From positions 1 to 37,946 of the IMG/VR virus record IMGVR_UViG_3300037851_000327: DNA of 37,946 nt. The stretch is one strand, 5' to 3'. Positions 16,680 through 25,309 of the stretch are shown piece after piece (position 1 is the first letter of the stretch; each line of letters opens with the position of its first letter). Position numbers and translations under genes: made by a program. The notes under the pieces are model-generated. The model saw nothing but the letters and a program-made list of their open reading frames with translations. It searched no databases and was not told the origin of the DNA. Source of the stretch: a virus. Its lineage: Duplodnaviria > Caudoviricetes.

Positions 16680-17534
16680 ATGGAGAAGAAGTTATTTTTA
16701 AGGGCGTTATGCGAGAGGGTTGTGGATGGGGGGAAAGAGGGGGAGGTGATCACGTTCAAGGCGAGCACAGCGGGGGTGAAGCGGGATGGGCTGCTGATCG
16801 ACCAGGAGGGGTGGATGCTGGAGAATTACCGGAAGAATCCGGTGGTGCTGTGGGCGCATGATTATCTGGGTAAGTACCTGCCGGTTGGTAAGACGATGCG
16901 GGTGGAGGTGGAAGGGGATACGCTGATGGCGGACATTTTGTTCGACCAGGCGGATGATTTTGCGAGGCAGATCGAACGGAAGTACCGGACGGGGTTTTTG
17001 AACGCGGTGAGCGTTGGGTGGACGGTGGAGGAGTTCAAGCCTTCTAAGGGGGGATCAGCGCCAACGGTGACGAAGGCAGAACTGCTGGATATCAGTGCGG
17101 TGCCGGTGCCGGGTGATCCAGATGCGTTGATGGAGAGGGAGTTCAGAGCGCTGCAGAGCCTGTTCACAGAGCGTTCACAGGATGAACCGGATGAAAGGGA
17201 TGGACAGGATGAAACCTTATTAGAGGATGACTTGGCGACGGAGCTCCGGACGCTGGGAGATCGTACCCCACCCTCATCCCCTTCCCAAATGGAGAGCACA
17301 TTTGGAGGGGGGAGCAGAGCAGGGGCGGTTCTGAATGCGAGGAACCGCTCGGATCTGGAGGAGGCAGTGCGGTTGATCGGCGGGGTGCTGGAGCGCGCTA
17401 AGAAGGAAGAGGGGGAGGAAGAGCGAATCGGCGATGAAGCGAATCAGCGAGTCAACGAGGAAGCGAAACAGCAGCATGCAATGGAGGTGCTGCGCAGTAT
17501 AGCAAACAAATTAAACCTGTTAGGAGGATTGTAA
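16680..17534 (+). CDS. HK97-family prohead protease
   Basis: NPVVLWAHD, LNAVSVGW, ELLDISAVPVPGDPDA. Confidence 0.92.
   Translation: MEKKLFLRALCERVVDGGKEGEVITFKASTAGVKRDGLLIDQEGWMLENYRKNPVVLWAHDYLGKYLPVGKTMRVEVEGDTLMADILFDQADDFARQIERKYRTGFLNAVSVGWTVEEFKPSKGGSAPTVTKAELLDISAVPVPGDPDALMEREFRALQSLFTERSQDEPDERDGQDETLLEDDLATELRTLGDRTPPSSPSQMESTFGGGSRAGAVLNARNRSDLEEAVRLIGGVLERAKKEEGEEERIGDEANQRVNEEAKQQHAMEVLRSIANKLNLLGGL
17169..17220 (+). repeat. Family A repeat, in-frame in the protease tail (SQDEPDERDGQDET)
   Basis: gagcgttcacaggatgaaccggatgaaagggatggacaggatgaaacct. Confidence 0.85.
17266..17312 (+). repeat. Family B palindrome, in-frame in the protease tail
   Basis: ccccttcccaaatg-gagagca-catttggagggggg. 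Confidence 0.8.
17422..17469 (+). repeat. 8-nt periodic repeat (AGCGAATC x6, degenerate), in-frame
   Basis: agcgaatc ggcgatga agcgaatc agcgagtc aacgagga agcgaaac. Confidence 0.7.
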
Positions 17535-17535
17535 G

Positions 17536-18984
17536 ATGAGTACTGAAATCGAAACAATGGTGGCTGATATCCAGGCACGAATCAGTGCATTGGGACAGCC
17601 GTTGTCTGAGGAGCGGATCAAGGAGCTGATCACCAGCCAGGTGGAAGGCTTGGTGGGGTCTGCGGAGTTTGTACGCAAGATGCGATTTGCGCAGGCTGCG
17701 CCCAAGCTGATCGGTTCGAAGTTCGCCCGCTGGGGGCTGTCGGTGGCGGACATCGAGTGGCTGTATGACATCATGGAGGCTGAGCGCAGCCGTGGGAAGG
17801 GTGGTCCTTCGGAGGATTTGCGCAATGCATTCAAAGACCTGTCGGAGGCATATTATCTGACGGACGAGCAGGTGCGGGCTATCGACCGCCAGGCGATCGA
17901 TAACCTGTTTCCGAGGCTGAGCAAGCGCAACTTTGCCCAATATGAGGCGGCAATGCGTGCAATGGACACGGCGGAAGCCGGTTACGGCGCACAACTGATT
18001 GGCGCACAATATGTGGGTGAGCTGTGGGAAGGGGCACGCAAGGAAAGCCGGATCTTTAACCTGCTGGATTCGTTCGAGATGACAGCGCCGACGGCGTACG
18101 CGCCGATCGAGGCGGATCTGCCGGAGATGCTGTACTCAGCGGAGAACACTTCGGCAACGGCGTCGGATTATTCGACGACCAAGTCGGGGAGCCGAAACGT
18201 GACCGTGACGGCGGCAAAGTTCATGGTGCACCAGGTATGGAGCGGCGAGTTGGAAGAGGATTCGATCATCCCGTTCGTGCCGTTCTTACGACGCCAGGCG
18301 ATGTTGTCTCTGGCGCACTACTCGGACAGCGTGGTGTTGAACGGTGATAGCACGAACGCGGCGACCGGGAATATCAACCTGGACGATGCGGACCCGGCGG
18401 ATACAAAGCACTATCTGGCATTCGACGGGATCCGGCATGCGTGCATCGTGGATAACACGAACAACTTGGTGACGATGGGCGGGGTGGCAATCGATTACAA
18501 CAAGATCTTGGACCTGCGTAAGGTGATGCTGGACCGGACTAACTTGTTCGATTGGGGCCACCCGACGATGCCGGAGGATCTGGTGTTTGTAGGCGACCCG
18601 GCGACCTGCGACGAGATCGCACAACTGGATGAGGTGAAGACGGTGGACCAAATCGGGCCGCGGGCAACTGTGTTGACCGGGCAGCAGGCGTTGATCGCCA
18701 ATCACCCGCTGATCAGCTCGATGGCGATGAGCCTGACCGAGGCAGACGGCAAGGTGAGCACGACAGCGGGGAATAACACGCTGGGGCAGCTGGCTGCGTT
18801 CAACCGCAGGGGCATGAAGGTGGGCTGGCGACGCCGGGTGAAGGTGGAGACCGAGCGACTGCCAGGCCGCGACCAGACACGCTTGATCTATTCGCTGCGG
18901 ATGGGTTTGGGGCGCTTCAGCCCGACCGGCGCGGCAAGCGGGATCGAGTGGGCAGCGGTGCTATACAACATCCTGGTGGCGTAA
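17536..18984 (+). CDS. Major capsid protein (HK97 fold)
   Basis: Follows the protease; SGELEEDSII...VVLNGD...FDGI motifs; N-terminal delta-like region. Confidence 0.9.
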   Translation: MSTEIETMVADIQARISALGQPLSEERIKELITSQVEGLVGSAEFVRKMRFAQAAPKLIGSKFARWGLSVADIEWLYDIMEAERSRGKGGPSEDLRNAFKDLSEAYYLTDEQVRAIDRQAIDNLFPRLSKRNFAQYEAAMRAMDTAEAGYGAQLIGAQYVGELWEGARKESRIFNLLDSFEMTAPTAYAPIEADLPEMLYSAENTSATASDYSTTKSGSRNVTVTAAKFMVHQVWSGELEEDSIIPFVPFLRRQAMLSLAHYSDSVVLNGDSTNAATGNINLDDADPADTKHYLAFDGIRHACIVDNTNNLVTMGGVAIDYNKILDLRKVMLDRTNLFDWGHPTMPEDLVFVGDPATCDEIAQLDEVKTVDQIGPRATVLTGQQALIANHPLISSMAMSLTEADGKVSTTAGNNTLGQLAAFNRRGMKVGWRRRVKVETERLPGRDQTRLIYSLRMGLGRFSPTGAASGIEWAAVLYNILVA

Positions 18985-19039
18985 CCCCACCCCTACCCTT
19001 CCCCAAATGGATGCAAATAAAGCATCCATTTGGGGAGGG
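18985..19039 (+). repeat. Family B palindrome directly after the capsid stop
   Basis: Perfect 15-bp stem tccccaaatggatgc-aaataaa-gcatccatttgggga. Confidence 0.88.
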
Positions 19040-19077
19040 AGAAGACAACAGTTTAGAGTAACGAAGGAGTGTGTGAA

Positions 19078-19509
19078 ATGACTGTAATCAAAGGACATAC
19101 AAGCAAGGGGCAGCTGGTACCGCTGACGTTTTTCCAGGATGCGGTGGCGGCTGGTCAATCGAATATCCAGCTGAACGTGTTGGAGGTGGCGAGCGCGGCG
19201 GCATTAGGGGTGGAAGGGGTGGAGATGCCGTGGGCAGGGGAGGTGGTGGGGGTGAGCTATACGCTGTCGGCTGCACCAACAGCGGGAACGCTGACGATCG
19301 GGGCGACAATCAATGGGACGGAGGATACGGATACGACCATTACGGTGACGACTACAGCAGCGTCGTATAAGCGGGTGAGCCGGGGTTCGGCGGCGTTCAA
19401 TGCGTCAGATTCGCTGGGTGTGGAGATTACGAGCTCTTCAGGGTTCGGCGCGGCGACAGTGGACTTGCAGGTGACGTTGTGGGTGCTGGTGTACCTGGAG
19501 GGGGTGTAG
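19078..19509 (+). CDS. Putative head decoration or structural protein
   Basis: Beta-rich ORF after the capsid gene; AAGGAG RBS. Confidence 0.6.
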   Translation: MTVIKGHTSKGQLVPLTFFQDAVAAGQSNIQLNVLEVASAAALGVEGVEMPWAGEVVGVSYTLSAAPTAGTLTIGATINGTEDTDTTITVTTTAASYKRVSRGSAAFNASDSLGVEITSSSGFGAATVDLQVTLWVLVYLEGV

Positions 19510-19510
19510 G

Positions 19511-19906
19511 ATGGGAAGCACAACGAAGCAATATCCATTTACTGGTCATTGGGTGCGCTCGAAGGCAATCACGACGAGCAACATGGGTACGGCGGTGAAG
19601 ATCCTGGAGATCCCGGCGAAGACGTTCATCCCACCGCGCGGGGTGGTGATCCTGGTGGAGACGCTGTTCGGGGGAGGCACGCCGAGTATCATTGTGGGCG
19701 ATGCGGACGACGCAGATGGGTGGATCGATTCGGCTGAGATCACGGAGACGACGGCGGGGTTGTACTCGGGGGCGGCGGAGTTCCAAGTCAGCGGGAAGTA
19801 CTATTCGAGCGCCGGGAACTTGCAATTCACGAGCAACACGGATTTGACATCGGGGAAGGCGTATGTGTTTGCCTATCTGGTGCCGGTGGGGGACCTGCTA
19901 GATTGA
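19511..19906 (+). CDS. Putative head decoration or structural protein
   Basis: Beta-rich; IVGDADDADGWI motif; position in the head module. Confidence 0.6.
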   Translation: MGSTTKQYPFTGHWVRSKAITTSNMGTAVKILEIPAKTFIPPRGVVILVETLFGGGTPSIIVGDADDADGWIDSAEITETTAGLYSGAAEFQVSGKYYSSAGNLQFTSNTDLTSGKAYVFAYLVPVGDLLD

Positions 19907-19960
19907 GGATTATCGATTGATGATTGAAGATTGGGGGCAGGTCGTGAGACCTGCCCCTAC
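19901..19960. repeat. 7-nt GATTGAN x5 repeat followed by a GTAG-type REP palindrome
   Basis: gattgag gattatc gattgat gattgaa gattggg; ggggcaggtc-gtga-gacctgcccc-tac (GTAG on the - strand). Confidence 0.75.
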
Positions 19961-19970
19961 GGGAGAAGAT

Positions 19971-20978
19971 ATGAGGGAAGTGGCGCTGGTAGGGTTCAGT
20001 GAGAAGACGATGGAGGGGTGGAAGGGATTGCCTAAGGGGGTGGAGGTGTGGTCGGTGAACTGCGCCTGGCGGCATGGGATCCAGGTGGACCGGCTGCTGG
20101 AGATGCACCCGATCAGTAAGGTGGAGGAGGATGCGCAACTAGCGCTGAAGCGGCGGGAGGCGTATGGGGCGGATGGGAGGGAATGGGAGGCGGAGCATTG
20201 GGAGTGGCTGAAGCAGGAGCATGCGTTCCCGATCTATATGCTGGAATGGGATGAGCGGATCCCGAATGCGGTGGAGTTTCCACTGGATAAGCTGGTGAGG
20301 CTGTTTGGCAGGGAGGCATTCAGCTCGTCGATGGATTATCTGTTAGCGCTGGCGCTGGCGGAGGGGTACGAGCGGATTTATTTGTTCGGGATCGAGATGG
20401 GGAATGGGACGGAGTATGCGTATCAGAGGCCAAATTTTTTGTATTGGCTGGGACGGGCGGAGGGGATGGGGGTGGAGATCGTGGAGCCGGAGGGGTTCAG
20501 CCTGCTGCCACGGCGGTTGTATGGCTATGAGGAGTATCAGATGATTTCGAGGCAGACGTTGGAGTATCACCTGGCGGATTATAAGAGCCAGCTGGAGCAG
20601 GCGAAGGGAAAGGTGAATTTGCTGGAGGGGATTGCGGGGGAGCGTAAGCGGGTGGTTGAGAAGCTCACCACTGAGAATACTGAGAACACGGAGCTTTTAG
20701 AGAGTTATCAGAGAGGGTATGAAGAGGCGAGGAAGGAACAGATGGGGGCGAGGCAGGTGATGTGGGGGATCTTGGGGGCGATTCAGGCGATGCAGCACCT
20801 GGTGGATTATTGTGATGCGGGGGAGGGGAATTCACAGGATAAACAGGATGAAATGGATAAACAGGATAAACCATCCACGAATGAACACGAATACACGAAT
20901 GAGAGCGGAGAGAGGCAGTCAACGGATGGGGAGCGGATGGGAGCGGATGGGAACGGATGGAAGAGAGGTGAGAGATGA
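19971..20978 (+). CDS. Hypothetical protein, possibly sialyltransferase/Maf-like fold, with a repeat-derived C-terminal tail
   Basis: VALVG..., VWSVN, SS..Y.LALALAEGYERIYLFGIEM pattern; start moved to 19971 to exclude the REP. Confidence 0.55.
   Translation: MREVALVGFSEKTMEGWKGLPKGVEVWSVNCAWRHGIQVDRLLEMHPISKVEEDAQLALKRREAYGADGREWEAEHWEWLKQEHAFPIYMLEWDERIPNAVEFPLDKLVRLFGREAFSSSMDYLLALALAEGYERIYLFGIEMGNGTEYAYQRPNFLYWLGRAEGMGVEIVEPEGFSLLPRRLYGYEEYQMISRQTLEYHLADYKSQLEQAKGKVNLLEGIAGERKRVVEKLTTENTENTELLESYQRGYEEARKEQMGARQVMWGILGAIQAMQHLVDYCDAGEGNSQDKQDEMDKQDKPSTNEHEYTNESGERQSTDGERMGADGNGWKRGER
20667..20693 (+). repeat. 9-nt periodic repeat, in-frame (TTENTENTE)
   Basis: accactgag aatactgag aacacggag. 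Confidence 0.75.
20829..20960 (+). repeat. Stack of three repeat families, in-frame (A, CACGAAT, ACGGAT)
   Basis: Encodes NSQDKQDEMDKQDK-PSTNEHEYTNE-...STDGERMGADGNGW. Confidence 0.85.
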
Positions 20979-21229
20979 AGTATGAGGTGATGTGGGATTA
21001 TCGGAGCTCGCTGGGGGGGCCATGGGTGAAGGGGCAGGTGGTGGAGATGAGCCCGGAGATGGCGGAGGCGATTACGCGGGACAGCCCTGGGGTGCTGAGA
21101 CTGCATTCACAGGATGAACAGGATGCAAGGGATAATCAGGACAGCTTGTTTGGGAGGATGGAGGGGGGGAAGATGGACCGGATGGTAAAGGCGGCTGGTT
21201 ACAGCCGAAAGGCGAAGGTGCGCAGATGA
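20975..21229 (+). CDS. Small hypothetical head-associated protein with an in-frame family A repeat (21103-21143)
   Basis: ATGA overlaps on both sides; HSQDEQDARDNQD. Confidence 0.7.
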   Translation: MKYEVMWDYRSSLGGPWVKGQVVEMSPEMAEAITRDSPGVLRLHSQDEQDARDNQDSLFGRMEGGKMDRMVKAAGYSRKAKVRR

Positions 21230-21834
21230 CGATTACGAATGGGTATGGGAGCGTGGCGGAGTTTAAGATGCAGTTCTTTCCGGCGGATTTAGCTGACTCG
21301 GTGGATGATCTGACAATCGAGCGGGCAATCGAGAGCGCGAGCCGGATGGTGGATGATTTTTGTGGACGGACGTTCTATGCTGAATCATCGACAACGAAGT
21401 ATTACACGGCGGAGGAGGGGACCTTGCTGCGGGTGGATGATCTGGTGAGCGTGACGACTTTACAGACGGATGAGGATGGAGACCGGACGTATGAAATCAG
21501 CTGGACGGCGACGGATTACGACCTGGAGCCATTTAACGCGGCGCTGGAGGGAAAGCCATACACGGCGATCTGGACGACGCCGAAGGGGATTTATGCGTTC
21601 CCAACGGTGCGGAAGGGGGTCAAGATCGTGGGGACATGGGGATGGCCAGCAGTGCCGAAGAAGGTGAAGGAGGCGACGCTGTTGCTGGCGTTCCGGCTGT
21701 TCAAGGCGAAGGATGCGCCATTCGGGGTGGTGGGCAGCCCGGAGATGGGGGAGCTGCGGAGGATGGTGAGCGTATTCGGTAGCGATGTCGGAGTAATGCT
21801 GGAGCAGTACCAGCGGCTGTGGATTGGCGGGTAG
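21226..21834 (+). CDS. Head-tail adaptor (gp6-like)
   Basis: ASRMVDDFCGRTF...GWPAVPKKVKEATLLLA. Confidence 0.85.
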   Translation: MTITNGYGSVAEFKMQFFPADLADSVDDLTIERAIESASRMVDDFCGRTFYAESSTTKYYTAEEGTLLRVDDLVSVTTLQTDEDGDRTYEISWTATDYDLEPFNAALEGKPYTAIWTTPKGIYAFPTVRKGVKIVGTWGWPAVPKKVKEATLLLAFRLFKAKDAPFGVVGSPEMGELRRMVSVFGSDVGVMLEQYQRLWIGG

Positions 21835-21837
21835 GGG

Positions 21838-21902
21838 ATTCACAGGATGAATAGGATGAAGATGATAGGCAGGATAAGAGCAATTATTGGGAAGAACGGA
21901 GA
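21838..21902 (+). repeat. Family A repeat, intergenic
   Basis: attcacaggatgaataggatgaagatgataggcaggataagagc. Confidence 0.85.
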
Positions 21903-21911
21903 GGGTAGATT

Positions 21912-22409
21912 ATGAGGATTGTGGTGGAAGGGCTGGAGGAGGCGTTGAGGGTGTTGAATGATCCTGAGTTGATTGGGGGTCCATTGCGGGATTTCTTTAC
22001 GCGGAGCGTGATCACGATCGATAACCAGGCGAAGGCGAGGGCGCCGGTGGATACGGGGAGGCTGCGATCCAGTATGGGTTATGAGGTGGATAGCAACCCG
22101 ATCCCGGAGTGGGGGAAGGCGGGGACGAATGTGTGGTATGCGCCGAGCCAGGAGTTTGGGACGGGGAGGATGAGCGACGGTTCGTTTGGATCAGGGAGTA
22201 CGCACTGGCCACCGGCGGCGGCGTTGGACACGTGGGCTAGCAGGCACGGGTTCAGGAGCGGGAAGCAAGTGGCGAGGATTATTGGGATGCGGGGAGGTTT
22301 GCTGCCTAAGCGGTTCTTACGGGAGGCAATGGCAGCGAGTATGGGGGCGATCGAAGGTTATTTGAAGCAACTGGCGGATGAGATTGGGGAGCGATGGAGC
22401 AGAGGATGA
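21912..22409 (+). CDS. HK97 gp10-family neck/tail protein
   Basis: APVDTGRLRSS, YAPSQEFGT, PKRFLREA. Confidence 0.88.
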   Translation: MRIVVEGLEEALRVLNDPELIGGPLRDFFTRSVITIDNQAKARAPVDTGRLRSSMGYEVDSNPIPEWGKAGTNVWYAPSQEFGTGRMSDGSFGSGSTHWPPAAALDTWASRHGFRSGKQVARIIGMRGGLLPKRFLREAMAASMGAIEGYLKQLADEIGERWSRG

Positions 22410-25309
22410 GACCGAGCGTGGGTATTTTGACGACGTTTGGAGGCAGCGACGAGGCGTACAGCCTGGTGGTGGTGGTGAAGACGCAGCTGCAAATGCTGGT
22501 GGAGGCCAGTTATCAACCGGTGTTATTTGTGGCGCCTTCTTTTACGGGGGCGGGGATCTGGCAGGATGGGCGAGTGGAGGTGCGGCGAACGGTGGAGGCG
22601 GACAGCTCCGCGGAGATGATACTGGATTGCCTGCGGGGGATGACGGGCGACATCGACGTGATGATGTGCCATGATATCTTGTTCTTACGGCAGCATGAGG
22701 AATGGGCGAAGGCGATACGGGAACTGGCAAAGGAGAGCCCGATACGGTGGCTACACTGGCAGCATAGCCGGGGGGACCATAACCCAATCGAGCCGATGGA
22801 ACGATCTGATTTCTGCTATCCGAACCGGGATGACCTGGGGCATGTGGCGAGGATCAACAGTACGACGATGGAGCAGGTGCATTATATTCCACACCCGCTG
22901 GATTTTGGATATCTTGGCTGGCCTGATCTGGCAATAAGAGTAGCGGAGGATTACCAGTTCCCATTTGTAGATGTGAGCATGATCTATCCGACACGGTTGG
23001 ACCGGCAGAAGCAAGTGGAGATGGCGGTGCGGGTGTTCGCAGGGCTGAAGCGGGCGGGGAAGTCGGTATGCCTGCTGGTGGCGGATGCTTATGCGACGGG
23101 GGAACATTTCAAGGAGTATAAGCGGGAGTGTTTGAAGCTGGCGAGGGAGCTGGGTTTGAGTGAGAAGGAATTTGCATTCCTGGGCGAGGTGTATGAAGAG
23201 TGCACTTATGGGACGCCAAGGCAGACGGTGAAGGCGTTGTTCGAGATGAGCAACCTATTCATGCAGGTAAGCACGTCAGAGACATCGAGCCTGGTGGTAT
23301 TGGAGGCAGCATTGGCGGGGAACCTGGTGGTGTTGAATGCAGATTTCAAGCCAATCCACCATTTATATGGCAAGGCGCTGACACTACCATTCGGGAGCAT
23401 CTTCGAGAATGTGAAGTATTACCGGCATGTGGTAACGGCGGATGGGGAGATTACAAAGGTGGAGGATGCCCAGCAGTATTGGGATGACCAGGCGAGGGGG
23501 ATGATCATCCCGGCGCTGGAGACGCAACTGATGATTGGGTTGAAGCGGCAGCAACTGAGGGAGCGATGGCCATCTCTGGTAATGCGTGAGTATATCACCC
23601 CGCTCATCCTTCGGGGCTGGAATCCGCTCATGCTGCAATGCACAGGCGATCCACGGGTGACGGCGATTATTACCACGATGGATAACCTGCCCGTATTAGA
23701 GCGGCAAGTCACCATCTTATCGCAAGAGTGCGGGTCGGTGATCGTGGTCAACAATGGCTCCAAGGACGGTACTAAGGAATGGCTAGATGATAACCCGGTA
23801 ACGGGGATGCAAGTCATCCACCGCGAGAACAAAGGCGCAGGGCCGGGACGAAACGCAGGCTTAGAACTGTGGGGTAAAGACCCGACGCAATACACACTGA
23901 TGGTGGACGGCGGGATACTTCCCCCGATTGGCGGTGTGGCCCTGCTAAAGGATTATTTAGAACGTCACCCCGAGGCGGATGTAATCAGTCCGGAAGTGGC
24001 GAGTTGTTTCACCAGCGATGAAACTCAGGCAACATTGCGAGTGACCAATCCCATTGATCAAACGTTTACCCAGCATTGCCTGAGTTCAACCGCTTACGCG
24101 TTATGCAGGGGGGAGGCATGGCGCGTCAAGTTTAGCGAGGACGGCCCATTTGGGGAGCCGGGTTGGGGCGTGGATGATAACGACATGGCCTACCGGTGGG
24201 AAAAAGCGGGGGTGGTGCATCATGAGTTTACCAGCGCGTCGGGTTGGATGCTTTATCGGCGATCGGGCGGGAGTCATAAGCGGCTGGCCGATGAAACCGG
24301 AATCTGGCCTACGCAGTACGGCAGCGTTTACGAGAAGCGCAACGTGAAGTGTATGCAAGACTGGCGCGGTATCCATGCGGGTATCTATGGCAAGCAATCC
24401 ATTCCTAGCGTGTCATATATCATCGAAGATGTACCGATGCCCGAGTTTGCCAGAACGGTGAAGCGGCTGCATGAGGAAGACCCGGAGTGCGAGATCGTGG
24501 TGGTGAATGACTACGATCCGGAAGTGAAACGCTGGCTGGATACGTTTGCGCTGCGGTGGCCGTGGGGGGATACGACGATCGATCCGGAGGGAAGGATATT
24601 GATGCGGGGGGTTGATTACCCGGAGGAGCTGTGGAGCGGGGACGTGGTGAGGAACCGCGGCCCGCTGTCAGAGAGGGTGGTCAGGATCGGGAATGAGAGG
24701 CAGAACGCATTTTTCAGCAAGAGTGACACGTGCGCAGCGGAGATTGCAGGCTACGAGATCGACCGGGGCTGGTGGTCGCGTTTGTATGAGTATCCGTGGG
24801 CGCTGAAGTTCGCGGGAGAAGGGCAGGTGGTAGCTGATATGGGATGTGGCTGGCAGCAACGACCCTTCAAGGATGCGCTAGCCAAGATATGCACAAAAGT
24901 TTATGCGGTCGATCAACACTGGGAGATACGAGACCAAGCAAGTTATGACAACCTGGAATATGTGGTGGCGGATTTCACAAGGAAGATCGAGGCGATCTCC
25001 GATGAGAGTTTAGATCGGGTATTCTGCATCTCGGTGCTGGAGGAGCTATCCCCGGGAAAGATAGGCGACGCGCTAAAAGAGTTTTTCCGCTGCCTGAAAC
25101 CGGGCGGGCTGTGCGTGATCACCTGCGATGTCCAATATGATCTGGATGCCCCGCTTGGGTGCTACGGGGCGGTGGTAATGGACGATCTGGGTGAGGCTAT
25201 GCTTGCGGCTGGTTTCACATGGGATAAGTGGGATTGGAATAAGAGCGGCGCCATCCATGAGACTAATTTCAATTTGTGCGTGTTCCATTGCGTGGGGAGG
25301 AAACCGTGA
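22406..25309 (+). CDS. Fusion of GT4-like and GT2-like glycosyltransferases and a class I SAM methyltransferase
   Basis: RLDRQKQ and ETSSLVVLEAALAG (GT-B); VIVVNNGSKDGT, ENKGAGPGRNAG, GWGVDD (GT-A); VADMGCG, FCISVLEE, LKPGG (methyltransferase). Confidence 0.88.
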   Translation: MRPSVGILTTFGGSDEAYSLVVVVKTQLQMLVEASYQPVLFVAPSFTGAGIWQDGRVEVRRTVEADSSAEMILDCLRGMTGDIDVMMCHDILFLRQHEEWAKAIRELAKESPIRWLHWQHSRGDHNPIEPMERSDFCYPNRDDLGHVARINSTTMEQVHYIPHPLDFGYLGWPDLAIRVAEDYQFPFVDVSMIYPTRLDRQKQVEMAVRVFAGLKRAGKSVCLLVADAYATGEHFKEYKRECLKLARELGLSEKEFAFLGEVYEECTYGTPRQTVKALFEMSNLFMQVSTSETSSLVVLEAALAGNLVVLNADFKPIHHLYGKALTLPFGSIFENVKYYRHVVTADGEITKVEDAQQYWDDQARGMIIPALETQLMIGLKRQQLRERWPSLVMREYITPLILRGWNPLMLQCTGDPRVTAIITTMDNLPVLERQVTILSQECGSVIVVNNGSKDGTKEWLDDNPVTGMQVIHRENKGAGPGRNAGLELWGKDPTQYTLMVDGGILPPIGGVALLKDYLERHPEADVISPEVASCFTSDETQATLRVTNPIDQTFTQHCLSSTAYALCRGEAWRVKFSEDGPFGEPGWGVDDNDMAYRWEKAGVVHHEFTSASGWMLYRRSGGSHKRLADETGIWPTQYGSVYEKRNVKCMQDWRGIHAGIYGKQSIPSVSYIIEDVPMPEFARTVKRLHEEDPECEIVVVNDYDPEVKRWLDTFALRWPWGDTTIDPEGRILMRGVDYPEELWSGDVVRNRGPLSERVVRIGNERQNAFFSKSDTCAAEIAGYEIDRGWWSRLYEYPWALKFAGEGQVVADMGCGWQQRPFKDALAKICTKVYAVDQHWEIRDQASYDNLEYVVADFTRKIEAISDESLDRVFCISVLEELSPGKIGDALKEFFRCLKPGGLCVITCDVQYDLDAPLGCYGAVVMDDLGEAMLAAGFTWDKWDWNKSGAIHETNFNLCVFHCVGRKP

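Noticed and set aside
19917-19970. N-terminal extension of ORF 19917-20978
   Set aside because: Consists of the 7-mer array and REP; the ATG at 19971 has a GGGAG RBS
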